64,000 nt of DNA from Phoronis australis. Taxonomy: Eukaryota; Animalia; Phoronida. Positions within the stretch are counted from its first letter, which is position 1. Each line of letters opens with the position of its first letter. Below are positions 1 through 11,156 of this stretch, in pieces. The stretch spans positions 498,913-562,912 of the forward strand of contig NMRA01000047.1 of NCBI GenBank assembly GCA_002633005.1, read 5' to 3'. The translations under genes were made by a program, and so were the position numbers. Below the pieces are notes generated by a model. That model made no database searches, was not told the origin of the DNA, and saw only the letters and a list, made by a program, of their open reading frames with translations.

Positions 1-1108
1 AATTATTATACCACTTAAGTGCTACAACTGCGCCTAAATCGTTGACTTCCGGTCAAAGATGGCGGAAATATTGGCAATGGCGCATGCACACCTTGATATC
101 TGGCCAAAAACGTTTTCTCCTGTAGAGGGCGCATTGGCAAACCAATCATTTTCAAACTGGTCACGTGTTCGTTGCTTTTAATTTGCTTTTATAAAATTTT
201 GTTTAACCGGAAGTCACTTTCAAGATGGCGGCTTTAGCGCATTTTCACCCATTTTCGACTGTTCTGCGGTCGCATTTTTAATGGGAAGAGCAACTGATGT
301 GAATTTTTGCATGTGGATTCCTTGAAGTATGTTCTTTCAAAAGTTCTCCGATAACGTTTTCCTCAAACTTACCGTTTTTGAGTTGACTTTGAATTTCAAA
401 AAATGCAGAATTTCAATTTTCCGAAAAATTTATGGAATGTTGCAAAGCTATCTATTTAGATAGAGTTTTGAACGGGCTTTCAGAGGATAGTTTACATTTT
501 TCGCTACGATGTCTACTTTTTGAATTATTCGAGATTTTCTGATAGCGCTGTTCCTTTGTTGACCGGGCTTGCTGCAATGAAGTTGGTTTAGCTTCTATTA
601 AACAAGACCATGAAGACATTGCTCATGGAGGCCGCATATTTCGACGTACAGGGCTGAAAACTGGTACGATTTTTAAAGCACACAAGCGCTAGAACTGTGC
701 GGTAAATCGTTAAGTTCCAGTTAAAGATGACGGAAATATCGGCAATGGCGCATGCACACCTCGATATCTGGCCGAAAACGTCTTCCCCTGTAGAGGGCGC
801 ATTGGTGACCCAATCATTTTCAATCTCGTCACCGGTTTGTTTTGTTTGATTGGCTATTATAAGTTTGTTTAACCGGAAGTCACTTACAAAATGGCGGCTC
901 TGGCGCATTTTCACCCATTTTCGATTGTTCCGCGGTCGCATTTTTAATGGGAAGAGCAAATGACGTGAATTTTTGCATGTGGATTCCTTGAAGTATGCTC
1001 TTTCAAAAGCTCTGCGATAACGTTTTTGTCAGACTTACCGTTTTCGAGTTATTTGACTTTATTTCCAAAAAACGCAAAATTTCAATTTTTTTCTAAGAGT
1101 TTACGGAC

Positions 1109-3199
1109 ATCATAGTGATGCAGAACGTCATTGGAAAGATCCCTGAAAGGATCATGGCACAAAGAATCACCAGGTTAATTGAACCCTGGCTCCTCCCAGG
1201 AATGGGTGCTTATCGACCTGGTAGAGATTCATGGGCCAATGCAGCTTCTGTTGCAGATGAGATATGGCAAGGTTTTGAAAACAAAGAAAACACTCTCCTC
1301 GTTGGCCTTGATCTGGAAGATGCGTACAATTCTGTTCAACTTCCAAAACTTGCGGATGGCATGCTTCATCTTGGTATTCCAGTACGATGCGTTAGATGGG
1401 TGATGAGTGCCCTCAACAGCCGGCGATGCATGCTAAAACATCGCACATGGCGTTCAGAATGGGTATCTGTCAACACAGGCTTACCCCAAGGTTCACCTCT
1501 GTCCCCAGTGCTGTTCAATATCTACACCCTCCCACTCGCCAGACTGAACCGCGCTGACTGCCGACTTCGCACCTTTGCAGACGACATGCTGCTGTCATCT
1601 CAAGGACAAACACATCATGAGATTCTACACAAAGCACAGTCTACATTGATGGAAATCTGCGAGTTTTGTGCTACCAGCGGAATGAGCTGCAATGGAGACA
1701 AATGTGAAGCTCTCTTTTGTACTCTGGACAATCGCCTCAGTGTTGATGATTTCCCTTGCCCTACCTACGATGGGAAGTTGATCGCAACATCCGACCACAT
1801 GCGTCACTTGGGTGTAGAACTCGACCGCAGGCTCAACTTCTCAACTCAAGTTAACAGTATGATCAGCCGTGCTAACAGAGGAATCAATGCCCTTAGGGCT
1901 GCGGCTGGTCGGAAGGCGGAGGAAAGGCACCTCGTCATGCTTTATAAAGCCCTGGTCACTTCGGTCTTCGACTACGCTCTCCCCATGATCAACATCAGTA
2001 AAAATCAAATCAACAGACTTGAGAGGCTCCAAAACATTGGTCTTCGCGTCATCACTGGATGTACGAGATCTACGTCAGTCGCAGCATTACGTTACCTTGT
2101 CGGTGTTCCCAGCATTGCAGACAGACAATCTCTTCTACAAGGTATTACTTTAGCCAAGGCTGTTCAAAGCCCCTTCCATCCTTTACACAGTCAAGTGAAG
2201 ACTGCACTTGACAGGTGCGTGAACCCCGTCCCTGCAACAGTAACTTATGGACTTCGTCCTAGACCTTTTCGCAATGCCTCCTACCAAAGACTTAGCAGGT
2301 GCTCGTGGACTGTCGCTGCTGTTAACGCAACCATGGGTCTCATCGGCGAACACATGATCGCGCAAGATGCTGCTTGGCTGCCAGTACAAGAACTTGGTGA
2401 GGAACCGAATGTCATTATTGCGTTCAACAGGGAAGCTCGGGAATGGCCTCCAGGAGTAGCCCAAGCATTGTGCCGTCAGCAATGGCGTGATCTTGGCGGT
2501 ATTAATGCCATCATTGTAGCAACTGATGGATCCTTCGATGGTGAAACTAATCGTGCGGGATGGGGTTATCAAATACGCTGTGCTAACAACGTCATTGCGG
2601 AAGGTAGTGGCTGCCACCAGGTATACACAAGCAGTACGCGGATGGAGTTTGAGGCTATACAACGTGCCCTAATCAAGCTGTCACTCTTAGACCTGGAGAA
2701 TCACACCATTATCTTTGCCACCGATTCCATGGCAGTGTTGATGAAAGTTCAATCTGGAAACCTCCCAGCCAACTGGGGTGTCTTCCGATCACGCCACCCT
2801 CATCATGTGGTGATCTGGTCTTTCGTACCTGGCCACGCCGGTGTCCTGATTAATGAGCGTGCAGATTACCTCGCTGGCTCATGCACCACCAACCAACCCC
2901 TCTACTTATATTCGGCTGACGTTAAGCTGCTGGCCCGCAAACACAACCTCGAGCAGACTGCATCCCAACTGGCGGAGTTCAATGATGGCAGCCGACTGCT
3001 CGAAGCCGGTATCATTTATGGCCATGCTGCGAAGAGTCACAAGAAGAGCCGTGCCCGAGTGTTGTCAAATCAAATGCTTACAGGCAACGTCAGCCCTGGA
3101 GTTCTGCGCCTTCTGCTGTCACGGGGATGGTCTGGGGAGGGGAATAGTGCATCAGCATATCCCCAATGATCCTGTCCGTGACAGGTATTACAGGTATTA
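1109..3199 (+). mobile_element. 5'-truncated non-LTR retrotransposon (LINE) with RT and RNase H
   Basis: TTACGGAC direct repeat at 1101-1108 and 3200-3207 (target-site duplication). 3' tail is (ACAGGTATT)2ATT. The flanks rejoin to restore the satellite unit. Confidence 0.92.
1115..3169 (+). CDS. Reverse transcriptase-RNase H ORF of the LINE (N-terminally truncated, no endonuclease)
   Basis: RT motifs LDLEDAYNSV, GLPQGSPLSPVLFNIY, FADD, HLGVELD. RNase H motifs ATDGS, EFEAI, TDS, VPGHAGVLINERAD. 684 codons uninterrupted; begins inside the RT domain. Confidence 0.92.
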   Translation: MMQNVIGKIPERIMAQRITRLIEPWLLPGMGAYRPGRDSWANAASVADEIWQGFENKENTLLVGLDLEDAYNSVQLPKLADGMLHLGIPVRCVRWVMSALNSRRCMLKHRTWRSEWVSVNTGLPQGSPLSPVLFNIYTLPLARLNRADCRLRTFADDMLLSSQGQTHHEILHKAQSTLMEICEFCATSGMSCNGDKCEALFCTLDNRLSVDDFPCPTYDGKLIATSDHMRHLGVELDRRLNFSTQVNSMISRANRGINALRAAAGRKAEERHLVMLYKALVTSVFDYALPMINISKNQINRLERLQNIGLRVITGCTRSTSVAALRYLVGVPSIADRQSLLQGITLAKAVQSPFHPLHSQVKTALDRCVNPVPATVTYGLRPRPFRNASYQRLSRCSWTVAAVNATMGLIGEHMIAQDAAWLPVQELGEEPNVIIAFNREAREWPPGVAQALCRQQWRDLGGINAIIVATDGSFDGETNRAGWGYQIRCANNVIAEGSGCHQVYTSSTRMEFEAIQRALIKLSLLDLENHTIIFATDSMAVLMKVQSGNLPANWGVFRSRHPHHVVIWSFVPGHAGVLINERADYLAGSCTTNQPLYLYSADVKLLARKHNLEQTASQLAEFNDGSRLLEAGIIYGHAAKSHKKSRARVLSNQMLTGNVSPGVLRLLLSRGWSGEGNSASAYPQ

Positions 3200-3984
3200 T
3201 TACGGACTTTTGAAAAACTGCTAGGTTAGATAAAGTTTTGAACAGACTTTTAGAAGATATTTTCAATTTGTCGCTAGGACTTCTACTTTTTGAATTATTC
3301 GAGATCTTTTGAAAATGCTGTTCCTTTGTTGACCGATTTTGCTGTTCATCAATTGTTGTTCAAGGCTGTAGCCTATTTACTGATTTCTCACATCTTCTTT
3401 AGTCACATGAGTGTTATAGTGTTGCTCATAATCTCCACCTTCATCATCACAATCATCATCGTCGTTATTTCGCGTAGTGTCGCTCAATATTCTAGGTAGA
3501 CAGGGCGTATGTCAGGTTTGGCTCGTTGTTCGAGGAATCTAGTTGTAAACAGATGCCATACTTGTGTTTTTGAATGAGAAAAGTCAAGTTTTTACCTACT
3601 TTCAACATTTATGAATAATCAATTTGCACTATGAAGACATAAAGCGAACAGTTTTATTGCCATAGTGCTGTGACGTACTGAGTTTGACGAATCTTCATCT
3701 TCAGGCTAAGAAGGCAAGGTGGGAGCAACGCGCAGTCAATTCGTTTTACATTTGCAAGGGGATTCTCCTGAAAGAAAATTAATAAATATACGCATAGGTG
3801 ACCTTGATGGAGGTTATACATCAGCTAACTATCAAATATTTCCTACGCCAATATCCAAAAACTGCCCTCTTATGCCTTCCAAACACGGGTCCAGATTTTT
3901 GTTTCGAAGATTCACACCTTACGACGTACTAGTACACTCCTTGTTACGACATTGGGTACATTCGAACAGGGAGGTCTGTTCCCA

Positions 3985-4490
3985 ATTACACGAAACAGTC
4001 CCAAACAGCAACTCAGCAGGAGCAGATCCGAGATTTTTTAAAAGGGGGGTCGGATCAAAGATTTTTAAAAAGGGTGGTCCACGTCAACAATTTGAAAATT
4101 TTAAATTTGATATAACTAAAATCAAGGGAAAATGGGGGGTCCGGACCTCTTTGTCCCCTCCCCCTGGATCCACCTGTGCTCAATTGAATTGCCTAAATCT
4201 TTTGCGTATTTGTTTCGTTCTTTACTCACTGTTGTTATATTTTTCTATCATTTTATCTTTATTACGAGATCCTTTTTTGACTTATGACGTTTTCTAATGT
4301 TACTAAAAACTGACTCAGAGCCCTTAATTCAGTCAAAATATTTATGGACGTAGTCCTTAAATTAGGGTCGTTGCATGAATGATTCCTACTTATTTTATAT
4401 AATATTGAGAATTCAACGTAGAAAACTCACAAATACGCAGTAGATTTAGGGAACATAGTGGAGTCGCTATTTGGGACTGTTTCATGCAGC
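3985..4490. repeat. Inverted (fold-back) repeat pair with a nested small MITE at ~4016-4176
   Basis: GAAACAGTCCCAAA...CCTAAATCT...GCGTATTTG (3992-4212) recurs inverted at ~4428-4483. The left arm is interrupted by CAGGAGCAGATCC...GGATCCACCTG. Confidence 0.6.
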
Positions 4491-5529
4491 CGGGATCCGT
4501 GCCTGGTGGGATTTGAAATGGGTAGCGAATTGGGGTGGGTTGTGGTGAATGAAACTGGGGCAGGGGTTGAAAATCGACAAGAGATGGAATTCCTGCATGC
4601 AGCCCAGTAAACCTGCCTTGCATGCCCCCATAAAACAGCCAATATGCCTCATCAACACTTAGTCCCATTAAGGTAGTTTTTACGATGCTTTCCAGCTCTC
4701 GCAAACCATTCGCATTTTATTAAACCAACTATCAGCAGTTAACTAGAGGCATATTCAGTCTACATCGGCAGGTAAAAATGGCCAATTTCAAAGTAAATAA
4801 CATCCTGACTTGTCAAAACGAAAAACCTGAACAAACGACATCGTCACTGAGTGGAACTGGGTTTCCAAGGAACAGTAAAGACAATAAGTTCAAATCACCC
4901 AGCCCATCACTGGTTGACTGGCAAGAACATCCAGGCTTTGTTTCAATCATGAACATCATCAATCTTAATCATTGGAGATGCAAAAAAGCATACCGGTAAG
5001 TCACGAATTTTCAATTGGCTGTTGCTGCAGCCGCAGGCATTGCAAAAAGGCACCGCTACTTTTTTACCGACCGGAGCCGTCAGTCGACGTCTCGCGTACT
5101 TCGTCGGCTCACTCGCACCCGCTAGATGCCGTCACAGTCCATAACATAATAATTGCGTCGACCAAAGTGAATAGTCTTGTTAACGTGTTTGCTCTAACCA
5201 CATGTGGTTACATGTGGAGATAACTATGACCGGATATCAGTGAACTAGTACATAATATACTGGCTAGTGCTGGCATATTGCCTCGGGTAACTGATCTTAC
5301 GAAATAAATGAATAAGCCTCGCTTTGAAATCGAAATAATAATGGCACTGAAGCAAACACAATACAGGTATTCAGGTGATATGACCTCAGTCCTTTATTCG
5401 ACATGTTTACTCGACGTCGTTAGTTGAATGTCAATATTTGTTGGTCGACAACTTTTCCACCCGAAGCATAGGCCTGAAATTTAGTGACTGCTGATGGCCT
5501 CAAAGTAAGTGTCAAATTTATAAAACGGC

Positions 5530-5715
5530 GACTCTAAAGCACGCGATGACTACTACGTACAGACTGATTAGCAATTTAAGTTTTGTTGACATTGGCGATA
5601 GGTGTGATATTTTGTGTTGAAAATGGCGGGGAAGCAGAGGTAGGCCTATACCGTAACAGACAATGGTGGTTATCACTGCTGGTATCCACATCTGAAAATC
5701 TAAACAGCTATCACT
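5530..5715 (+). pseudogene. Decayed fragment paralogous to the adjacent MS4A-like gene
   Basis: LAIGVIFCVENGGEAEVGLYRNRQWWLS resembles LLIGVFCMVIGIVAVSLYRVSYWFS of 6692..7465. A frameshifted LKI*TA matches LEIWTP. Confidence 0.45.
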
Positions 5716-6691
5716 ACGTGAAATGGCAACAAACATGTCGGGAGCGCTCGGCAGTCAACGTTCTCTGTAGGCTTATTTTTACCCACGTACTTCAAGAGTG
5801 ATGCACAGGACAGTGCAAACAAATAACTGTGTTTGTTCAACTTTATATTTTTAAGCAGGTGAAAGTGGATTTATTTACAAACATAGCAAATAGCGGCGCA
5901 GCAATGACTTTAAAATGGAAGTCTATACAGAAGTGTTTGAAACAGTATGCTTAAATATTTTAATCTCAATTCTTATGATATGTCAACGTCAACTAAGCCC
6001 GACTAAACAATATTTTCAGTCGGGCCCCCTACTGTTTATACCCCCGCGGCAGCGCCATTAATGAAAACAGGCCAGGGCTAATTCTTGTCTTATGCTTCAG
6101 TGTTCCTCACATTAATTATAGGCGCATGCGCCTACTACGGGTATTGACGCAGCTCAGGGGCATGTGTTAAGCAAGCATATAGTGGGGAGGACTAGTTTGA
6201 TATTTTGATGAATTTTGTTTATTATTATTACTGTTATTATTGTTATTATCATTAGACCATCAACTCGAATGGGTCGATCATTAACACGGAGTTAACACGG
6301 AAGATGTTTCCAGATAGCATCTTTTTACAAAATTAAATCGAATGGGTAACTATTCCAGTTTCTCACTCGCCTACCTCTCTTACAATAGATGCAGCACCTG
6401 TATGACGGGTGGCAGTCAGTACATATTTTCGTGTATAGTTGACTAAAAACGGAAACTGTAGAGTAGGCCTATCGCCTTTTGAGATCCTTGAATATGTGAC
6501 CCATAACCTGCCGCAAAGGTTTAAAACAAAATAAAAACATGAAAACACCTCGATTAGTTGGTGGTCTTCGAATGGAGTGTTTTTTTGTTAATTCTACCGT
6601 AGAATAAGCCTCATCGTATTTCTAGATAACAACAAAACGATGTATGACATTGCCAAAATTTGATTTCAGGGCTTGACTAAAGACAACCGCA

Positions 6692-7465
6692 ATGCAGCAG
6701 ACGCCAGCGGACAGGGAACAATTGAATTTCCCGCCTCTCACCACGCGCGGGTTTGCCATCGTACAGTTGTTAATAGGGGTGTTTTGTATGGTAATTGGTA
6801 TCGTTGCCGTCAGTCTGTACAGGGTCTCTTATTGGTTTTCCTCAGTTACCCTCGCAACTGCAACAGGAGCCTTAGAAATATGGACTCCCATATTCTTCAT
6901 CGTTGCTGGCATTTTGGGCATCATAGCATCCATCAATCGCACCAGTGGTCCGATTATTGCTCACCTGGTTCTTTGCATTCTGTCGTCGGTGATGTCATTC
7001 GTTTTGTTCGTTGATGGAGCTATTTACGGTTGGCAGCTCTGGACTCACAAGATTCTAGCAGTCGCTGGTTTCGCAGAATTTGTATTTTCCATCACCTCAG
7101 CCGTGCTTTGTTGTAAAGCTTTATGCTGTCGAGGCAACGTCCACACCGGAACTGTCATTCATGGTCAAACCATGGTTGTCACCTCCACACAGCCTGGCCT
7201 GGGTACGATGTCGGGATATTACCCTACACAAACTATTCTTCATGTCCCAGTGACTACAACCCTTGGCGGCACCTACTATTCGCCCTCTGGTGTTCACCCA
7301 GACTACAGCTACGCCTGTCCACCCATTGCGCCAAACGCTGACAACTTACCGTACGGTTATGGTCAACAGTTTGGAGCGATAGCCCCAACGGCACCACCAT
7401 ACTCAGCACCTGGCTATGAGGAATCTTGTCTCACCGATGACCAGCCTCCGCAATACAAAACCTGA
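6692..7465 (+). CDS. MS4A/CD20-like four-transmembrane protein with Pro/Tyr-rich tail (single coding exon)
   Basis: 257-aa ORF with four hydrophobic helices, IWTPIFFIVAGILGI (MS4A-like W..I.FI..G.L), CCKALCC after TM4, tail with PPY/PPQY. Acceptor TTTCAG at 6664-6669 upstream; AATAAA at 7946. Confidence 0.75.
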   Translation: MQQTPADREQLNFPPLTTRGFAIVQLLIGVFCMVIGIVAVSLYRVSYWFSSVTLATATGALEIWTPIFFIVAGILGIIASINRTSGPIIAHLVLCILSSVMSFVLFVDGAIYGWQLWTHKILAVAGFAEFVFSITSAVLCCKALCCRGNVHTGTVIHGQTMVVTSTQPGLGTMSGYYPTQTILHVPVTTTLGGTYYSPSGVHPDYSYACPPIAPNADNLPYGYGQQFGAIAPTAPPYSAPGYEESCLTDDQPPQYKT

Positions 7466-10400
7466 TATCGCTGTTCTTGCCACGATACTGTGTGCACTGC
7501 ATATTATTATTTGTTTTTATTTTTAATAAGTGTTTTGGTTTTCCGAATAATCTCTTTGGGACATATGTACCCTCCAGTTCGCTTTCAAATGCAATATGTG
7601 CCATAAATTTATCGAAGCCTGTATGCTTATGCTCATTAGAAAACTGACAAAGGATCGTCACAAAAAGGATGACTACGGCATGACTTTCTTGCAAACCACA
7701 AACAGGTTTAAGATTTTTTACCTATACCGTTCTGCATGCAGTTCTGTATTTTATTCCTGGCGATTAGAAAGTTATATTTGCGTTTGTGGACTTGACACAC
7801 ACCTGTAGGTTAAATTTGTCTTTATAGAAGTAGCGCTAATTACTTTTTTGTCATTCGTGCTTCCTATTGTATTTTTTACCTTTCATCATATTTTATTTTT
7901 GTTTCCCAAAATTTTTGCACTTGATTTTACTGAAAATGTACAAGCAATAAAATTAATTTAATACGAGCGATTGTAACAGGCTTATACTTCGACCAATCGC
8001 AAATATTTTAATAATTTGTATAAAGCGTTTGTTGAAAATATTGAATTGCGAGAAACCAGCGGTCCCCAAACCTCCTGAAATTCAACCAGTGTTTGATTTA
8101 CTTTACGTACATTTACGATGTATTCTTTGACTATATATTTTTAATGCAAATGTAATGTTTTGAATGTAATGAAATATATATAATCATAGATACTCGTTAA
8201 GTCCATGATATAGTTGAGTATCTAGATTTCAGCAAACCACTTTTAAGAACCACTTCGATGCCTGTTATTCAGTGGAGACTGGCTCTCAAAATAAGTGACT
8301 AATACCCAGTTTTCTTAAATGAGTTTAATCAAGATTACTCTTTAGTTGGGAATCGAAGTTGATTTTAAACGCTACGCCACAATAACAAAAATATATGTAG
8401 CTTCGCCAAAACGTTACACAACTTTTTTTGAACAGACACGATTTACTTAATTGGACAAAATTACACGTAGCACAGTGTACTATTTCGTGGGCTACGTCAC
8501 TTCATGTTGCATTTTACAAAATAGTGGGCTCCAGTTCTTAGGCAACATTTGCGGATGCTACGTTTTGCATTCCACCTCGATTTTACAGCTATTTGCAGTT
8601 GTGCTTAGTTTTCTATTTCAGGGACTTCAATACACCTTCAAAACTAGTTTCTACTTATTATCCAAAAGCCTTGGCGTCAAACGATTGTTTTAATGATGTT
8701 CCCAAACCCTGAAAATTGTACCGCCTTTTTACCATTATTTCCCATTTCTGCCGCCTATTAGCAAATGGGCATAAACTGGAGGTGTGTAGTCGTTTCTGCT
8801 TTCTCTCCGAAGTGACATTGCAAGAAGTTTAATTGATGTGACACCATCAAGATGAGGGATACTGCTGATAGTTATCCAAATCTGTTTTATTTACAGCCGG
8901 CAAAGACGCCACACGATAGAACACCCAACTCACGAGCATACTCCTTAATTTAAAGTTGCATTTCTCCCAGTTTATTTGTCAACTTAAACATATTTCCAGT
9001 TCGTAACCGATGTTCCACTGATTTTAAAACATCACTCTGTCCAAGCAACTCCAAACTGGTGTCGAATAAGTCACGGGGATTTCCCTCGTTCAACTCCAGC
9101 TCACCTTCCTAGCATATACACCTAAAGCGACACTTAACCCAAACTTTATAACAGAGAATAAGTTTTGACTCCAGCCACAGCCTGTTATAGATTTGGCCTC
9201 GTCTTGTTCCTTACGGGGAAAATACGTAAGTAACCTAAGGGCTTGGAAAGAACCGACAGTTTCACTTCTCAAGACCAAGCATAAAACTGCAAGTCACGCG
9301 AAACCTGAAATTTAACGAGCTGTAACTCCTGAAATCACCTCCATCTTGACTAAGGAACACCTCGAGACCAATTTCATAACGGTAACGTTAAGTGGTCTGA
9401 ATCGAAACTCAGCTTTTGTAGTTTTTTAGCCATCACGATTCCCTAACTAGGTCAACAGAGGTCATCAGTCTTGGAAACGATCATTGTGTCCACGATTTTC
9501 CAACCGTTTCTTGACCTGTTGATGCTCTTGGTAACAGAAAATTAAGTCATATCATGGTATGGGAAATTTTGAGACAGATTTGATCACAGTAAACGGCCCA
9601 ATTAGATTTTCGTTATTAACCAGCTTAACAGGAAGAAATGCAGCTTTAAACTAATTCTTTTTAAATACAACCATACCTTAACAAAATGATGTCATTTGCA
9701 ACAGAAATACTGACAAGAAATCCAGTTTTGGACCAGGCTTAGCAACAAGAGAGCCTTGGGCAGTGGTTAATGCACAACTGCACAGAATTCTTTGTACTTT
9801 CATTCAGTGGGTTATGGGTATTTGACGCCTTCCAAAAGGCAAGATCACCCAAGTTTCCAGGAGATGTGTTGTGTAACAAGCCAAAAACATGCATCTGATG
9901 CTACTAGCTTTCACTTGACAGCGTCTTGCTAGGATACAATGTTACAGGGAAAACACCACAGCATAATTCCCATGCAAACACAGCAGAGTGATACAAATTG
10001 TTCAGAAACAAAAACAAGCAAGACAGTGTGTGTGCATTTCATATTCCCACCACACACACCCATCAATGCCTTGGAGGTCAAGGTTATGTAGGACTCTATC
10101 AAAATGTCCAAGTTTGGCCAACTTCCAAACATCATATCTCACAAATGGCTGATTGGATTCACTTGAAACTTTCAGATACTGTGCTATTTACAATCTTTTA
10201 CAAAGGATTTTACAAATTTTCGAAATGCTCCAGTCTTGCCAGAGGGGAAATTAAAAATTGAACATATACTATTTTCATGAAAAAAATTAGCATCAAACAA
10301 AAACGAAACTTTAATTTAGAAAAATTTTTAGGAACATTTTATCTTGAATATTAATATTAAATTGCACAAAATTTGGTTATGTTATTCTGTTGTTTTGCTA

Positions 10401-10890
10401 TGAATGCACCTTGCTATTTTTAAAAAAATTTCCTAAGAAGCAAGGTCACATGACCTAATTAGTGGTATAAAGAGAAAAATGAAACTACCGAATTTCTACT
10501 TTCAAAAAATATATACTTCTGCCAAGTTAGATTCTAAAGTTCCGTTGATATTTCGCTAAATGTACAGACTTGTCGATAAGGTCCTACATAACTTTAATAC
10601 CATGAGAAGGTGCGTTGAAGAGCACCAGATGACTGGCTACTGAGGTAGAGGGGCATACAATAGGGCTAGTATCACATACCTATGAGCAACATCACGTCAC
10701 CAAAAGGCATATTTTCGAAGTTTTGCGAGTATGTTCCCGGTGTACGCAAGTATCAGGGCTTGGAATGAACTGACAAAGAGGAAAATTTTCCAGGTGATGT
10801 ATCGTTCCACAAATAGGCTTGTGTGATAGAAATATTTTTTGTGCTGTAAAATACAACTGAAGTAAACGTTTTTGTATGGATAGTCATGAT

Positions 10891-11030
10891 AAAAAGAGAC
10901 AAGAAAGAGGAAACTGGAAATCAAACAAGTGGAGATTGAAACCAAAAGAAGAAATCCTCTAAAAGAGTAAAATTCCAAGCCCTGAAAAGTAGTGGCTGCA
11001 ACTGAAAGGCCACGCCAGAATCTTGAATCG
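10891..11030. repeat. Dispersed repeat, copy 1 (copy 2 at ~17059-17190)
   Basis: Shared AAAGAGGAAACTGGAAATCAAA..AAG.GGA.AT.GAAACCAAAA..AG.AAATCCTCT..AAGAGTAAAATT in the same orientation. Confidence 0.7.
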
Positions 11031-11156
11031 CTAATCAAATGCTATGTAAACACCCAGAAGTACAAGCCAAGATTTCTCATCATAAGTGTTTGCGAGTGTC
11101 TAGCCTTACTGAATGCTACCCCAGATATTAAAATAAATTGTCTAACTACCTATGTA

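Larger units (their letters stand above)
1..3345. repeat. ~668-bp tandem repeat (satellite-like, two visible units); second unit split by a LINE insertion
   Basis: GGCAATGGCGCATGCACACC occurs at 73 and 741 (period 668). Unit 2 aligns to unit 1 up to 1108 and resumes at 3208 (TTAGATAAAGTTTTGAAC...CTGTTCCTTTGTTGACCG, matching ~456-565). Confidence 0.85.

Noticed and set aside
588-959. 123-aa minus-strand ORF
   Set aside because: Lies wholly in the satellite unit and has no recognisable protein motifs.
3719-4704. 192-aa and 104-aa ORFs sharing LNLLRIC
   Set aside because: The shared peptide comes from the inverted repeat arms and one ORF runs through a MITE; not credible genes.
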